Made by a program: the position numbers and the translations under genes
The notes under the pieces: generated by a model
Database searches by the model: none
What the model saw: only the letters and a program-made list of their open reading frames with translations
Told to the model about the DNA's origin: nothing
Source of the DNA: Octopus bimaculoides
Lineage: Eukaryota
Length of the DNA stretch: 64,000 nt
NCBI RefSeq assembly: GCF_001194135.2
Contig: NC_068995.1
Coordinates: 52,362,152-52,426,151 of the forward strand
Direction of reading: 5' to 3'
Shown here: piece after piece, positions 12,190 to 26,018 of the stretch
Position numbering within the stretch: position 1 is the stretch's first letter
Layout of the letters: each line of letters opens with the position of its first letter

Positions 12190-12885
12190 TGAAGCAACGT
12201 TTCAATGTTGGGCCTCATGGAGGCAATGACAAGCGACCGAGACCTTTGGTGATATGCTGTGCTTGAGAAGACCCGGCAAGCCAAGTGAGACCATAACAAT
12301 GGTCCATACCAGTGTTGCATAACCAGCCCATTTAAGAGTACCCTTCAATCATTGGGTAATATACTGTGCTTGAGAAGACCTGTTGAGTTAAATCATTGTT
12401 GCGACCAATGCCAGTACCACCTGACTGGCACCTGTGCAGGTGGCATCTAAAAAGCACCATTTGGGTGTGGTCAATGCCAGTCCCACCAGACTGGCTCCCA
12501 TGCCGGTGGCACATAAAATGCATCATTCGAGCCTGGTCGTTGCCAGTGTTGCCTCATTGGCTCCTGTGTCGGTGGCATGTAAGAAGCACTATTTGAGCAT
12601 GATCGTTGCCAGTGTCTCCTGACTGGGTCCCGTACCAGTGGCACATAAAAAGCACCATTGAGTGTAGTCGATGCCAGTACCGCCTGACTGGCCCTCGAGC
12701 TGGCAGCACATAAAAAGCACCCACTACATTCTCAGAGTGGTTGGCATTAGGAAGGACATCCAGCTGTAGAAACCTTGCCAGGTCAGATTGGAGCCTGGTG
12801 CAGCCTTCTGGCTTCCCTGTCCTCAGTGAAACTATCCAACCCATGCTAGCATGGAAAGCGGACATTAAACGATGATGATGATGTG
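12190..12885 (+). mobile_element. Long form of family A carrying five tandem ~66-bp internal units
   Basis: Units tgccagt...actggc...ggtggcac.taaaaagcacca at about 12408-12722, followed by the standard A body and (GAT)n tail. Confidence 0.85.
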
Positions 12886-12894
12886 CATGAGCGT

Positions 12895-12930
<36 letters not shown>

Positions 12931-14029
12931 ACTGCACTTAAATTTTTCATTTTGTTACTCTCCGAAATGAGGTGTGGGAGAAAAGTTGAGCACCGGAAAT
13001 AATTTGATGATGGAAGGGGTGTGTGAATGAAATCAATGTTATGCTGGTCGTTTTTTCATGCACCACTGACCTTGTTACTAGTCAAAGGTAAAACATGAAA
13101 CAGTTTCTGATAGTTATTAGTTTTAGTTATTATTATTATTGTGTCCATATCAGTACATTGACCTAGCTGATGGTTTGGTGACAGGTGGTAGTAATAGAGT
13201 TACTTGGCCCTCTCTCTCTCTCCCTCTCTCGCACACTGTCTCTTCCTTTTTCTTTCTCTCTCCCTCTCTCGCACACTGTCTCTTCCTTTTTCTTTCTCTC
13301 TCCCTCTTTCTCTCTCTTTCCCTCTCTCTCCTCCTCCCTCTCCCTCCCTCTACTGCCCCTTTCTCTTAATTGTCCTTCATCTCCATCCTTATCTTCCTAC
13401 TCGCATCGCTCTCTCTGTCTCCTCTCTCAGCTACTTCTAACGGGGGAAGATCCACTTTTAGCTTCCTGTAGTGCAAGATAAAGCTATTTATAGAATGATA
13501 AAAAGAATATTTGATGTGTCTGTAAAGAGGTCTAAGGTGTGTGTATACATACGTGTATAAGTACGTAAGTGTAATTACGTTATATGTATTATTACATATA
13601 CTTTGTAGATAATTATTTACGCAATTAAATGACCTATTAGATTCAGATATGCCTTGACATATATTTACACACTCTCACTCCCGCATGTATACCAGTATTC
13701 CAACCTAATTTCATTGGAATCTGTAAAATTAAATTCACACCCTCTGACATTTATCCACCCTTTTATATACACACCTTCAAAAAAAAAAAAAAAAAANNNN
13801 NNNNNNNNNNNNNNNNNNNGGGGGGGGGATCTTTGTGCTTGTATTTCTCAATCACTGCTTGACAACCGGTGTTGGTTTGTTTATGTTCTCTCCCCCTCTG
13901 TCACTGTTATGTAGCAGCTCAGTAAAAGAAACTGATGAAATAAGTACTTGGAAAAGAAAGAAAGAAAGAAAATAAGTACTGGGGACAATTTGTTTTTAAT
14001 TAAACACTTCAAGGTGGTGCCCCAGCATG

Positions 14030-14382
14030 GTCACTATCCATGCTGGAGAGCAACACCTTGAAGTGTTTAGCAAACAAATCAACCCCAGTATTTAGTTTTT
14101 TAAGTCCAGTATTTATTCAGTTGGTCTCTTTTGGCCGAATCACTAACTTAGGATGTAAACAAACCAACATTGGTGGGTGGGGGACAAATATGGGCATGCA
14201 CCCGTGTGTGCATATACACACACACATGTTGGGTTTCCACTCAGTTTCCATCTCCCAAATTTACTCCCAAGGCATCAATCAGCCCAGGACTAGAAGAAAA
14301 CACTCGCCCAAGGTGCTGTGCATTGAGACTGAACCAGAAACCTCTTGGTTGCAAAGCAAGCTTCTTAACCACGCAGCCATAC
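14030..14382 (-). mobile_element. SINE family B (reverse)
   Basis: Head and tail motifs as in the other copies. Confidence 0.8.
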
Positions 14383-15404
14383 CAAATGGCCTATGGCTCA
14401 TTAGTTCAAATCATTCTACGGTCACTGTGTTGTGTCCCCGAACGAGGTTCTGTCAGATACTTTGCTTTGCTTCACTGAACAAGTACCAGAGTTCCATTCC
14501 TGTTTCCTATTGGAGTCAGAACAGCATTCACCCATGAAAAGGAACATATATATATCTATGTACATATGTATGTAAGTGTGTGTATGTAAACAATAATTGC
14601 TCTCACAAAAGAATCATTATCTGAGCCATGCAAGCATGGAAAATTGAAGTAAATTATGTGTGTGTGTGTGTTACCCTGTCTCCTTAGATATTTTGGATGT
14701 TGGCCAGAAAGAAGAATTAAGATGCCATTATTCTTTCCTGTGATTCCATCTTTTGTTATTTTACTTTTAACATTGCACGTAATTTTCATAGAGTATCATT
14801 ATCATTATTATTAGTACAGTTCACAGGGTATTTATTTATTACTACCCTTCCAATTAACAGAACTTGTGACACCATATATAGCTTTAAAAAAGAAAAAAAA
14901 AATGTTTTATTACTGACAAACACCAGAGTCTTAATTGAAAGTTATTTCTTAATGGTTGAAAATACCTACACATATATGCTCTTACTTCCACTCATACACT
15001 ATTCCACACACACAACACAACACATACACACATACTGGTGTACTTAGTATTATGTATCTGGAACATATGGGTGCATAATATAATAGTACACTTACAAATG
15101 TAATCAGTGTATGGCATCATAAAGCGGTAATTCATATTGTATTACTGACAATAACTCAATCTTGAATGTAAGTTATATTTTCAGAACTGTAATGACAGAC
15201 CATCATTAAAAGACACAAACATATCTAACATTATTTGTCTAGGACACACAAGTGTATAATATCCTTTCTACAATAGGTGCAATGCCTGAAGTTTTGGGGG
15301 AAGGGGCCAGTCAATTACATTTAGACTGGTACTTATTTTATCAACCCTGAATGGGTTTAAAAGCAAAGTCAGCCTCAATAGAATTTGGATTCAGAATGGT
15401 GAAA

Positions 15405-15930
15405 CACGATTTTCGGACTTTGAGCCTCACAGAGGCAATGACTAGTGACTGAAACCTTTGGCAATATGCTGTGCTTGAGAAGACCTGTCAAGCCAAGTGA
15501 AATCATAATCCTGGCCAATGCTGGTGTCACATAACTGGCACCCGTGCCAGTGGCACGTAAAGAGAACCCTTCGAGTGTTGGGCCTCGCAGAGGTAAAGTG
15601 GCTGAGTTTCTTTTGAGCATTGGGCCTCACAGAAGCAATGACCAAGAACTTTGGCATTATATCATGCTTGAGACGACCAATCAAGCTGAGCAAAATTGCA
15701 GTCATGGCAGATACTGGTGTCACACAAATGGCACCTGTGCCAGTGGCATGTAAAAGCACCCATTACACTCTCAGAGTGGTTGGCATTAGGAAGGGCATTC
15801 AGCTGTAGAAAACCAAGCCAAATCTGACTGGAGTCTGGTGCAGCCTTCCAGCTTACCAGCCCTGGTCAAACTATCCAACCCATGCCAGCATGGACAATGG
15901 ACATTAAATGATGATGGTGAGGAGGAGGAT
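15405..15930 (+). mobile_element. Family A long form
   Basis: ggcaatatgctgtgcttgagaagacctgtcaagccaagtga upstream block plus A body and tail. Confidence 0.8.
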
Positions 15931-18687
15931 GAACGTAAAGGTCAGAAGAAATGCCACTTAGCATTTTGTCCAGCATAGCAACAATTTTGTTGACTCACTG
16001 ACCTCATACACAAAAGTATTTAATATATAAATTACAATAAGGAATTGTATATAAAATACAATGGCAGAATTGTTGGCACAATGGGCAAAATGCTTAGCAG
16101 TATTTTGTCTGTCCTTACATTCTGAGTTCAAATTTCACCAAGATCCACTTTGTCTTCATCTTTTAAAGATGAATGTAACTGACTGAACCCCTCCCCAGAA
16201 ATTGCTGATGTTGTGCCAAAAGTTGAAATCAATATATAGAATACATTTCTGACATATGCCGCTTGTGTTGAAAAGGACAATAATGAAGAATTGAAGCACA
16301 CCAAGTGGATCTTATGTTGTCTTGTCTTGGATCTATTCAATCTCAAGCAGCAGTAACTTTCTTCAGCTGAATACATGTCACTGATTGGTTAAAATTACAC
16401 AAATATGACAACTTTAACACGAAATAACTTCTAAAATACAAAATTTTATCAAAAATATTAAGAGTAAACCGTGTCCTATGTGACACATTCAACCAGTATC
16501 CAAAGTTTCAAAGTGTTTAGTTACAAAAAATTAATTAAAAAAAAATCTGTGCTTGAGATTGAAAAAATCCCTTATCTTGACATCACATGATAGTTGTAAA
16601 ACAATTGTCACTGTCTTAAGCAGTGTCATCCATTTCCAGTACTCTGCCAGAATAAACCTGGCCATTGGGAAATATTACGTTGCTTGGAAACATTTAGGGT
16701 TCGGCAACAGGAACAGTATTCAGCTGTGGAAAATCTGTCTCAATGAACTCCGTCTGACCCATGCAAGCATGGAAAAGTGGACGTTAAAATGATGATGATG
16801 ATGATCACATTAAAACAAGAAATTTGTATCCTTGAACCAGGAGCTGTCTTAGTTCATACGAAACTGTGTTAATCGTTTGGTTATACTTCATTGTTTTTTT
16901 TTTGTTTTATTCCCCCTCCCCCACCACCACACACACGCACCTAACATATCATTCCCATATAAACTGTCAGTCTCTCATGTCAGAGTTGAACTACAAGTGA
17001 TGGAGAGGCAGCATAATAGCTGTATATGCAGAAACGTATCAAAAGAGAATGTTTGTATTGTATTGAGAGCCAAAAACTGACACACAAAGGCTGGTCTTTT
17101 TTTGATAGGCCTGGGTTTTTATAAGAGGACAATGGAGATAATAAAGCTGGTATTGAGGTGGTTATAGTGGTGAATTTTGGTGACAATGGTGTTGTTGATG
17201 TTTGTTTAGTTCTAGGTCAGCCCTGATGAAGTAAACCTATGACCAAAAATGTATTCCAACTGTGCCCATCATGTCAGTTTGTTTATTTTTGTCCAAACAA
17301 GTCTATCTGGGACTACATTGTTTGTTGTGTTTTTTCCTGTTATTTTTAAATTGAAAGGATCTTTTGCTTGTGTCAGTCATTGGACTGCAGCCATGCTGGA
17401 GCACCAACTAAAAGGGTTTCTCACGCAAATTAACACCGCTACTATTTTTTATTTATTTTTCAAGTTTTTATTATTCTGTTGGTTTCTTTGGCTGAACTGA
17501 CAAATTATGGGGATGTAAACAAACCAGCACGGTTGTCAACTGGTGGTGGTGTGTGTGTGTGTGTNNNNNNNNNNNNNNNNNNNNNNNNNNNNNNNNNNNN
17601 NNNGGGGGGGGGGAGAAACAAAAAAAAGACACACAGGAATGGCTGTGTGGTAAGAAGCTTGCTTAGCCAACCACATGGTCCCGGGTTCAATCCCACTGCA
17701 TGGTACCTTGGGCAAGTGTCTTCTACTACAACCTCGGGCAAACCAAAGCCTTGTGAGTGGATTTGGTACACAGAAACTGAAAGAGTTCAAATTCCGCCAA
17801 GGTCGACTTTGCCTTTCATCCGTTCGGGGTCGATAAATTAAGTACCAGTTACCAGTGTGTGTATTTGAAACCAGATACACACACACAAGATAAACTTCTT
17901 TCAGTTTCTGTCTACCAAATCCACTCATAAGGTGTTTTGGCTGGCATGGGGGCTATAGTAGGATACATTTGCTGAAGGTGGGGCACGGTGGGACTGAAGT
18001 CAAGACGATACGGTTGGGAGAAGCAAACTTCTCAACCACACAACCACTGTATTATATGAAGAATCTTTGACTGCTGTTTCTAGCATATCAAGTGTTCATC
18101 ATCACCCCACCCCTCCCATCCCCATCGGGGTCTCCTCACTGAGAGTTGATGTATAGTGAAGAATATGCTTAATTTAGGGAGTTGTTCTGCTCAGAAACAA
18201 GGTTAGTGGTGGTGGTGGTGGTGGTGGTGGTGGCAGTAGGCAGGTGAATTAAGGCTGGGGGATTCACAGGTTATTTAAGTCTTTGTCAGGGGTCTGGAAG
18301 TGTAGGGTAATGGTGGGGAGTGCACCACAAAAATAGTTATGTTTCTGAGATGTGGGGTAAAGAGGCTTATTGCTGACTCTTAAGGATTCTAGCAACTCTG
18401 TTGATGATTAAGATGATGATAACGACTGTTATGATGATGATGGCTGTTATGATGATGATGATGATGATGATGATAGTGCTGACACTTTTTATTGTTATTA
18501 TTGAATTTTTGCTTACAATTTACACCCCTCCCTCCCGCATCCTCTCTGCTGCCATCATCGGCACATCATCTCACCTACTACTTTCATCATCATCATCATC
18601 ACTCTTGCAGCTGTCTCCATCATCACTATTTCCTACTATTACCATCTGTATGTACCACCTCCACCACTGTCATCAAAATCAATCTGG

Positions 18688-18720
<33 letters not shown>

Positions 18721-18783
18721 TCATCCCTACATCTTTGGCACCACCGGCTACATGAATACATCTTCACTATCATCCCCACCACC

Positions 18784-18821
<38 letters not shown>

Positions 18822-18992
18822 CATCACTACCATCACCAAATAATTATCTTCCTCCACACACACACATGCACACACACACCATAGCAGGTTTGAAAGAAAA
18901 TTCTTTTCTAAAAGTGGAGTGTGTGTGTGTGTATGCACTTGCATACACGCACACACATAAGCACACGCATGCATATATACATATATACATAC

Positions 18993-19025
<33 letters not shown>

Positions 19026-19436
19026 TGTGTGTGTGCATGTGTATGTATTTATATTTAACCCCCTTGCTCAGTTTACCTAAATAACTCCCAGCATGTTTCT
19101 CTCCCCCACCCTTCTAGCCTGGCCCTTCTCGATCCACTGCACCACCTACCCTGTTCTAACCTGTACCTTCACCAGCCCTCCCCCACTACATCACAGGGTA
19201 CCCCTTTTATTCTTCTCTTTTCCTTTTTTTTTTTTGTTTTCACTTTCCATTTTGGTAAAAGTCTTTGAATCTTATTCCCACACCACATCAAAAGGGAAAG
19301 GTGGCTTCATACAGAAGTGGGGGTAGGATTGGGGCTGAAGCAAAAGTGTGGCATCGAGTGGTGATTGGCGGTGGAGGCAGTGGCACTGGGGGGGGAGGCA
19401 AAGGAAGCAAGAATTTTTTTTATAAACTACTACTAT

Positions 19437-19472
<36 letters not shown>

Positions 19473-19911
19473 CACNNNNNNNNNNNNNNNNNNNNNNNNN
19501 NNNNNNNNNNNNNNNNNNNNNNNNNNNNNNNNNNNNNNNNNNNNNNNNNNNNNNNNNNNNNNNNNNNNNNNNNNNNNNNNNNNNNNNNNNNNNNNNNNNN
19601 NNNNNNNNNNNNNNNNNNNNNNNNNNNNNNNNNNNNNNNNNNNNNNNNNNNNNNNNNNNNNNNNNNNNNNNNNNNNNNNNNNNNNNNNNNNNNNNNNNNN
19701 NNNNNNNNNNNNNNNNNNNNNNNNNNNNNNNNNNNNNNNNNNNNNNNNNNNNNNNNNNNNNNNNNNNNNNNNNNNNNNNNNNNNNNNNNNNNNNNNNNNN
19801 NNNNNNNNNNNNNNNNNNGGTGCTCAGCTGGTACTTATTTCATTGACCCCAAAGGTTTGAAAGCTAAAGTCGACTTTTGTGGAATTTAAAATTGGAAATT
19901 AAAGACATGTG

Positions 19912-20115
19912 TGGAGGCACGTGGCTTAGTGGTTAGGGTGTTAGAATCATGATCGTAAGATTGTGGTTTCGATTCCTGGACCGGGCAATGTCCACTCAGC
20001 TGGCCAAAATGTGTAATCCTGTGATGGACTGGTATCCCAGGTGGGGAATATATACGCCATGGAAACCGGGGAAACCAGTTCTCATGGCTGCAGTCAACTG
20101 CTTGAAACAAGTAAA
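19912..20115 (+). mobile_element. tRNA-derived SINE family F head fused to a family B-like tail
   Basis: A-box tggcttagtgg and B-box ggtttcgattcc; ends gcagtcaactgcttgaaacaagtaaaag. Confidence 0.65.
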
Positions 20116-20164
20116 AGAATGGTGCTACAGTAAACACTGAACCATTTTATGGGATTCAGTCAGA

Positions 20165-20400
20165 GTGAAGCAGAGGGGTTGCTGGTGTACCCCTGACCTT
20201 CACAGTTCCTCTGGGACTTGGGGTGAGATTGATATGCTAGATGTTTGGTTAAAACATCTGAGTTGATATCTACAGGAAGAACATGGGCAGGAAGAGAATT
20301 CCAATGGGTTGAGGATTATGGGGAGGCAAGTTTTGGCATTGGGGTTAGTATAAGGCCATGGTGTGGGTGATGAGGAAGAGGAGGAGAGATGGGTGTGTCA
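20165..20400 (-). mobile_element. Decayed 3' end of a CR1/L2-like LINE
   Basis: Minus-strand translation HWNSLPAHVLPVDINSDVLTKHL resembles the WNxLPxxVFP C-terminal motif of CR1/L2 ORF2. Confidence 0.55.
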
Positions 20401-20800
20401 GGTAAACTTGGGGGAAGGTCATGTGACATGAGTCCCCAGAGAGCAGAGTACAAGGGTGGGGAAGGGGAGAGTGAAAAAATATAAAAATTCAATTTCAAAG
20501 AAAGACAGTATGGGGCAATGAGGAAGCCATCACATCCTGCTTCCTCACATCCTGATAGAAATAGCAACCAAATTGCCCTTGAATAATATCGTCTTGAAGT
20601 AAAAAGACATAATTAAGGAACACATAATGTAGTCTTGAATTGATTGTCTGAAAAAAAGTTGTGATGGTCATGGCTGGAATGCCTCGATTATAGTTCTGCT
20701 TGATCAGAGTTGACTAGGGTTATACAGCAACATCAGGTGTGTATGTGTGTGTGTGTGTATATGTATGTATCTATGTGTGTATGTATGTGTATGTCTGTAC

Positions 20801-20832
<32 letters not shown>

Positions 20833-22386
20833 AGATGTATGTATGTATATATATATATAAATTATATACAGACATATATATTATGTTCTTGGAAAGATTG
20901 ATCTTGTCTTCTTTCAAAGACAAAAAGTATGTTGGGGTCTTTGTACAGGTAAGGATTGGATTGTCATGGGTGGAACCTTTTTGCTCAATCATGGTTGACT
21001 TGGGGCTAAACAACTACAGAGACTGATCTCAGTCATTGGACTGCAGCCATGCTGGGGGTGGGGAAGGGGGGTACCCTATTGAAGGGTTTAGTCAAACAGA
21101 TCCACCCCAGGTACTTTTTTTCTAAGCCTGGAACTTATTCTGTTCATCTCTTTTGCTGAACTGCTAGTTTACAGGGAGGTAAACAAACCCACATTGGTTA
21201 TCAAACGGTTGGATGGTCGTAGTGGGGGGAAGCAAACACTTATGCACATACATACACACAGCAGGCTTCTACACAGTTTCCACCTACCAAATTCACTCAC
21301 AAGGCATTGGTAGGCCCAGACTGGACTCTGCTGTTTCAGTCATTTGACTGCGGCCATGCTGAAGCACTGCCTTTAGTCGAACCCCAGGACTTATTCTTTG
21401 TAAGCCTAGTACTTATTCTATTGGTCTCTTTTGATGAACTGCTAAGTTACTGGGATATAAACACACCAACATCAGTTGTCAAGCGATGTTGAGAGAGACA
21501 AACACACACACACACACACACACANNNNNNNNNNNNNNNNNNNNNNNNNNNNNNNNNNNNNNNNNNNNNNNNNNNNNNNNNNNNNNNNNNNNNNNNNNNN
21601 NNNNNNNNNNNNNNNNNNNNNNNNNNNNNNNNNNNNNNNNNNNNNNNNNNNNNNNNNNNNNNNNNNNNNNNNNNNNNNNNNNNNNNNNNNNNNNNNNNNN
21701 NNNNNNNNNNNNNNNNNNNNNNNNNNNNNNNNNNNNNNNNNNNNNNNNNNNNNNNNNNNNNNNNNNNNNNNNNNNNNNNNNNNNNNNNNNNNNNNNNNNN
21801 NNNNNNNNNNNNNNNNNNNNNNNNNNNNNNNNNNNNNNNNNNNNNNNNNNNNNNNNNNNNNNNNNNNNNNNNNNNNNNNNNNNNNNNNNNNNNNNNNNNN
21901 NNNNNNNNNNNNNNNNNNNNNNNNNNNNNNNNNNNNNNNNNNNNNNNNNNNNNNNNNNNNNNNNNNNNNNNNNNNNNNNNNNNNNNNNNNNNNNNNNNNN
22001 NNNNNNNNNNNNNNNNNNNNNNNNNNNNNNNNNNNNNNNNNNNNNNNNNNNNNNNNNNNNNNNNNNNNNNNNNNNNNNNNNNNNNNNNNNNNNNNNNNNN
22101 NNNNNNNNNNNNNNNNNNNNNNNNNNNNNNNNNNNNNNNNNNNNNNNNNNNNNNNNNNNNNNNNNNNNNNNNNNNNNNNNNNNNNNNNNNNNNNNNNNNN
22201 NNNNNNNNNNNNNNNNNNNNNNNNNNNNNNNNNNNNNNNNNNNNNNNNNNNNNNNNNNNNNNNNNNNNNNNNNNNNNNNNNNNNNNNNNNNNNNNNNNNN
22301 NNNNNNNNNNNNNNNNNNNNNNNNNNNNNNNNNNNNNNNNNNNNNNNNNNNNNNNNNNNNNNNNNNNNNNNNNNNNNNNNNNNNNN

Positions 22387-22418
<32 letters not shown>

Positions 22419-22940
22419 TACATATATACACCCACACTGCAACAAATGCAATCAAATGTGTCATACAAACCACGGGACAGACAGACAGACATATTCTTTA
22501 AAAAACCGACATCCTCTGATCCATACACCACTTGCCCTACATTATTCTAAAGCAATCCACATATGCCACACCCCTCCAATTTCATATATAAACATAGATT
22601 TCTGTAATTTCCTTTTTCGACTGTCTGTTTTCGTAGGTGGGATGTGGGAGTGGGTTACACCCATTAGAAACTTTATTTGCATTTGTCACCTTACCTCGCC
22701 CCTCCCAAACCACCTCCACCTATTCCACCTCAATTACTATGCACTTATACCCCTTACTTCAACCCGGTCCCATCCCATTCTCATCAATTAATGAATCCTT
22801 AGCAATTAAACACCCTTTCTTTTTTCATTCTTCCTAGTTCAGAAGCATTATTGGAGTTTTGAATCAAATACATGTGTGTGTGTGTGTGTGTGTATGAGAG
22901 AGAGAGAGTGTGTGTATGTATGTATATACATACACATATT

Positions 22941-23119
22941 TGTGACTGGTAAGTAGCTTGCTTACGAACCACATGGTTCCGGGTTCAGTCCCACTGCGTG
23001 GCACCTTGGGCAAGTGTCTTCTACTATAGCCTCGGGCCGACCAAAGCCTTGTGAGTGGATTTGGTAGACAGAAACTGAAAGAAGCCCGTCGTATATATGC
23101 ATATGTATATATATCTATA

Positions 23120-23190
<71 letters not shown>

Positions 23191-23366
23191 GTGTTTGTGT
23201 TTGTCCCCCCAACATCGCTTGACAACCGATGCTGGTGTGTTTACGTCCCCATAACCTAGCGGTTCGGCAAAATAGACTGATAGAATAAGTACTAGGCTTA
23301 CAAAGAATAAGTCCTGGGGTCGATTTGCTTGGCTAAAGGCGGTGCTCCAGCATGGCCACAGTCAAT
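22941..23366 (+). mobile_element. Young SINE family B: tRNA head + CORE-like block + (TA)n + tail
   Basis: B-box ggttcagtccc and CORE-like accttgggcaagtgtcttctactatagcctcgggcc; CpGs intact; nearly identical to 28204-28605. Confidence 0.9.
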
Positions 23367-24084
23367 CCCAAAACAATGCAAAGCTAAGTTGACCGTAGCA
23401 GGATTTTAACTCAGATTGCAGAGCATCAGAAGAAATACTGCAAGGCATTCTATCCAATACTGTAACATGTATGTCAATTTACTTTCATCAATGACCATAT
23501 TTTTAATGAAATACATTGCCTATGTGTTTTAATTAATTTTTAAAATAATCAAAAATTAGGACAGATTTAGTAAAATAATAATTTTTTTTCCTTACTTCTT
23601 CAGCTGCTTTTGTTTAACCCTAGGTCAACTCTCATTGAACAAACCTATGATCAAAGGCATTCCAATTGTGACCATCCTGTCTTTTTTGTAGTGTTTTTCG
23701 AGACCATTTCATTTAATGTGTTCTCCTCCTTTTAAAGACTGGTGTGTTGTGCAAGGGAGATTTGACTGCTATTTCTAAAAGGTCAAGGGATTAACCTTGT
23801 TGAGACTTCCTCACCAGGTCATCATTTTTATTTCTTTGGTACAATTATATTGATGTTTGGAATATAACACAATGTTTTTAATTAAAGTTATATAATTAAA
23901 TGTTTTAATTAAAATATGAGCACATTAAAATTAGTTTTCATATTATTAAACCAGAGGCAGCTTTAGATGAGTTGGTATCTAATGGCCTGACTGTTTTATA
24001 TTTGGAAATATGACCTACTTGTTGGACGAGTGGTACAGACGCATCCTTCTTAACCTTCATGTTTTTGTCATCATCAGCATCATT

Positions 24085-24375
24085 GATCGTTGCCAGTGCT
24101 CCTGGACTGGCTCTTGTGCGGGTGGCACATAAAATACACCATTTTGAGCATGGCCATTGCCAGTACCGCCTGACTGGCCTTCGTGCCGGTGGCACGTAAA
24201 AGCACTCACTACACTCTTGGAGTGGTTGGCGTTAGGAAGGACATCCAGCTGTAGAAACTCTGCCAAATAAGATTGGAGCCTGGTGCAGCCATCTGGTTCA
24301 CCAGTCCTCAGTCAAATCGTCCAACCCATGCCAGCATGGAAAACACAGACGTTAAACAATGATGATGATGATGAC
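24085..24375 (+). mobile_element. Family A with two internal 66-bp units
   Basis: Same unit and body sequence as 12190-12885. Confidence 0.85.
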
Positions 24376-24592
24376 GATTTATTCCATAGAGATGTATGTA
24401 ATACAAGGACATATTTACTAATGTGCACATACGCGCACACACACACACACACACTCTCTCTCTCTCTCTCTCATTCAGAAATGCACTTTTACCGCTACCA
24501 TTTCTTGTACTAAAGGGATTATTCTAAATCTCCAGGTACCATTCTTAACCATATGTTGACCTTATCAGAATCTGGAATCTGGTTCTGCTTAC

Positions 24593-24663
24593 CGTTAGAC
24601 ATTCACCATGATTTTCAGTGCAGGAAATTCTATGATCCATATCGTTGCAGAAGAAAATGCAGA
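24593..24663 (-). CDS. Candidate internal exon (VCIFFCNDMDHRISCTENHGECLT) of a possible minus-strand gene
   Basis: Acceptor tactttacag|tc (alternative at 24681) and donor ACG|GTAAGC. One open frame, phase-compatible with 25695-25758. No homology confirmation. Confidence 0.2.
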
Positions 24664-25136
24664 CTGTAAAGTACAGGGTATCTGGTGCAGCAGGAAATTG
24701 CACAGAACAAATTTTGCCTCACTCCTTCATTACGTTTCCAGCCATTCCTTTCTTCATCTCTCTCTATTTTCTCTGTCAATCTCTTCATATGTGTGTTTGT
24801 ATATATATGTATGTATATTTATGTGTATGTATGTATATATATGTTGAGTTGGCACTCTTCTAAGAAGTAGCAATCAGCATGTGTATACATGTGTGTATGT
24901 ATGTATATGTGTATATACATATTGTGTGTCTTGTGTATGGTAGTCTTTATTTTACAAAATCATTTAATAGCAACCAGATGAGGCCTACATTGTTTTGATG
25001 GTGGTGATGATGATGATGATGTTGCTACTGAGTTTGATGATGATGATGATGATGCTACTGCTGGTGTTCCTCATGAAGTTAATCTTGTTGTTTAACCCTT
25101 GGTCAGCCTTGACTAACCTGAACTCTGATTAAATGC

Positions 25137-25430
25137 TCAGTGGTTAGAGTGTCGGACTCACAATCGTGAGGTAGTGAGTTCGATTCCCTGACCGGGCTAT
25201 GTGTTATGTTCTTGAGCAAGACACTTCATTTCACGTTGCGACGTCACTGGTGCCAAGCTGTATCGGCCTTTGCTCTTCCCTTGGCTAACATTGGTGGCAT
25301 GGAAAGGGGAGACTGGAATGCATGGGCAACTGTAGGTCTTTTATAAACGACCTTGCCTGGACTTGTTCCCCCTCCCGAGGAGGGGGTACTTTCTAGGGGC
25401 CATGACTGAAGGGGGTCTTTACCATTTACC
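25137..25430 (+). mobile_element. SINE family F inserted into a family G copy, with 12-bp TSD
   Basis: ctgattaaatgc at 25125-25136 and 25431-25442; tRNA-like head tcagtggttagagtgtcggactcacaatcgtgaggtagtgagttcgattccc; G sequence resumes on both sides. Confidence 0.9.
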
Positions 25431-25694
25431 CTGATTAAATGCATGTGAGACTTGATCATGATCCCAGATATAGTATAAACCAGAGCTACACTATCTGTGT
25501 GTTTTTAAAAAGACTGTAGGATATGATTTGAGGAAGAAACTTCACTGCTGTTTCTTGCATGTCATGTCACCATGTAGAGGCTTCCTTATCGGTTTGTGAT
25601 GATAGTGATGTTATGATGGTGGTGACTGGTATTTTTACATGATTCATGGGTGCTGCTGTTGCTGATGGTATATTTTAATTATCTCCACTCTTAC

Positions 25695-25758
25695 CTTTCA
25701 ACTGTGTCCCCTTTTCGTTATTGTTTCCGTTTAGTTCCATTGAAATGGTTTGAGACAT
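25695..25758 (-). CDS. Candidate first coding segment MSQTISMELNGNNNEKGTQLK
   Basis: ATG at 25758 preceded by an in-frame TGA; donor AAG|GTAAGA at 25695. Weak Kozak context and no clear acceptor. Confidence 0.2.
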
Positions 25759-25939
25759 TCACTTGCAAGGTCTTCTTCATATTCTGGTTGTACTCTGCAG
25801 ACCCTTTTGATGCCTATTTTACTCAGGCAGACTCTTCATAACCATTCGATGCTTGAGAAATCATTTTTCTAGTTTTATAATTAGGAATTGTATAAAGATA
25901 AATCGTTACAATATTTTGTATCTTGAAGAAATCTAACCA

Positions 25940-26018
25940 ATTGACTGCACATAAATTTTACCAGCAAAATCACATACGGACCCGCAAGGATCATGTGGAC
26001 ATTGGTTGAGAACCACTG
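25940..26018 (-). mobile_element. Solo end of a hAT (Charlie-like) element
   Basis: Ends in ggttgagaaccactg, i.e. a CAGTGGTTCTCAACC terminal motif; the other end was not found. Confidence 0.45.

Noticed and set aside
12408-12722. CRISPR-like array of ~66-bp hairpin-containing units
   Set aside because: The units are homologous along their whole length (no unique spacers), there are no cas genes, and the array lies inside a eukaryotic interspersed repeat.
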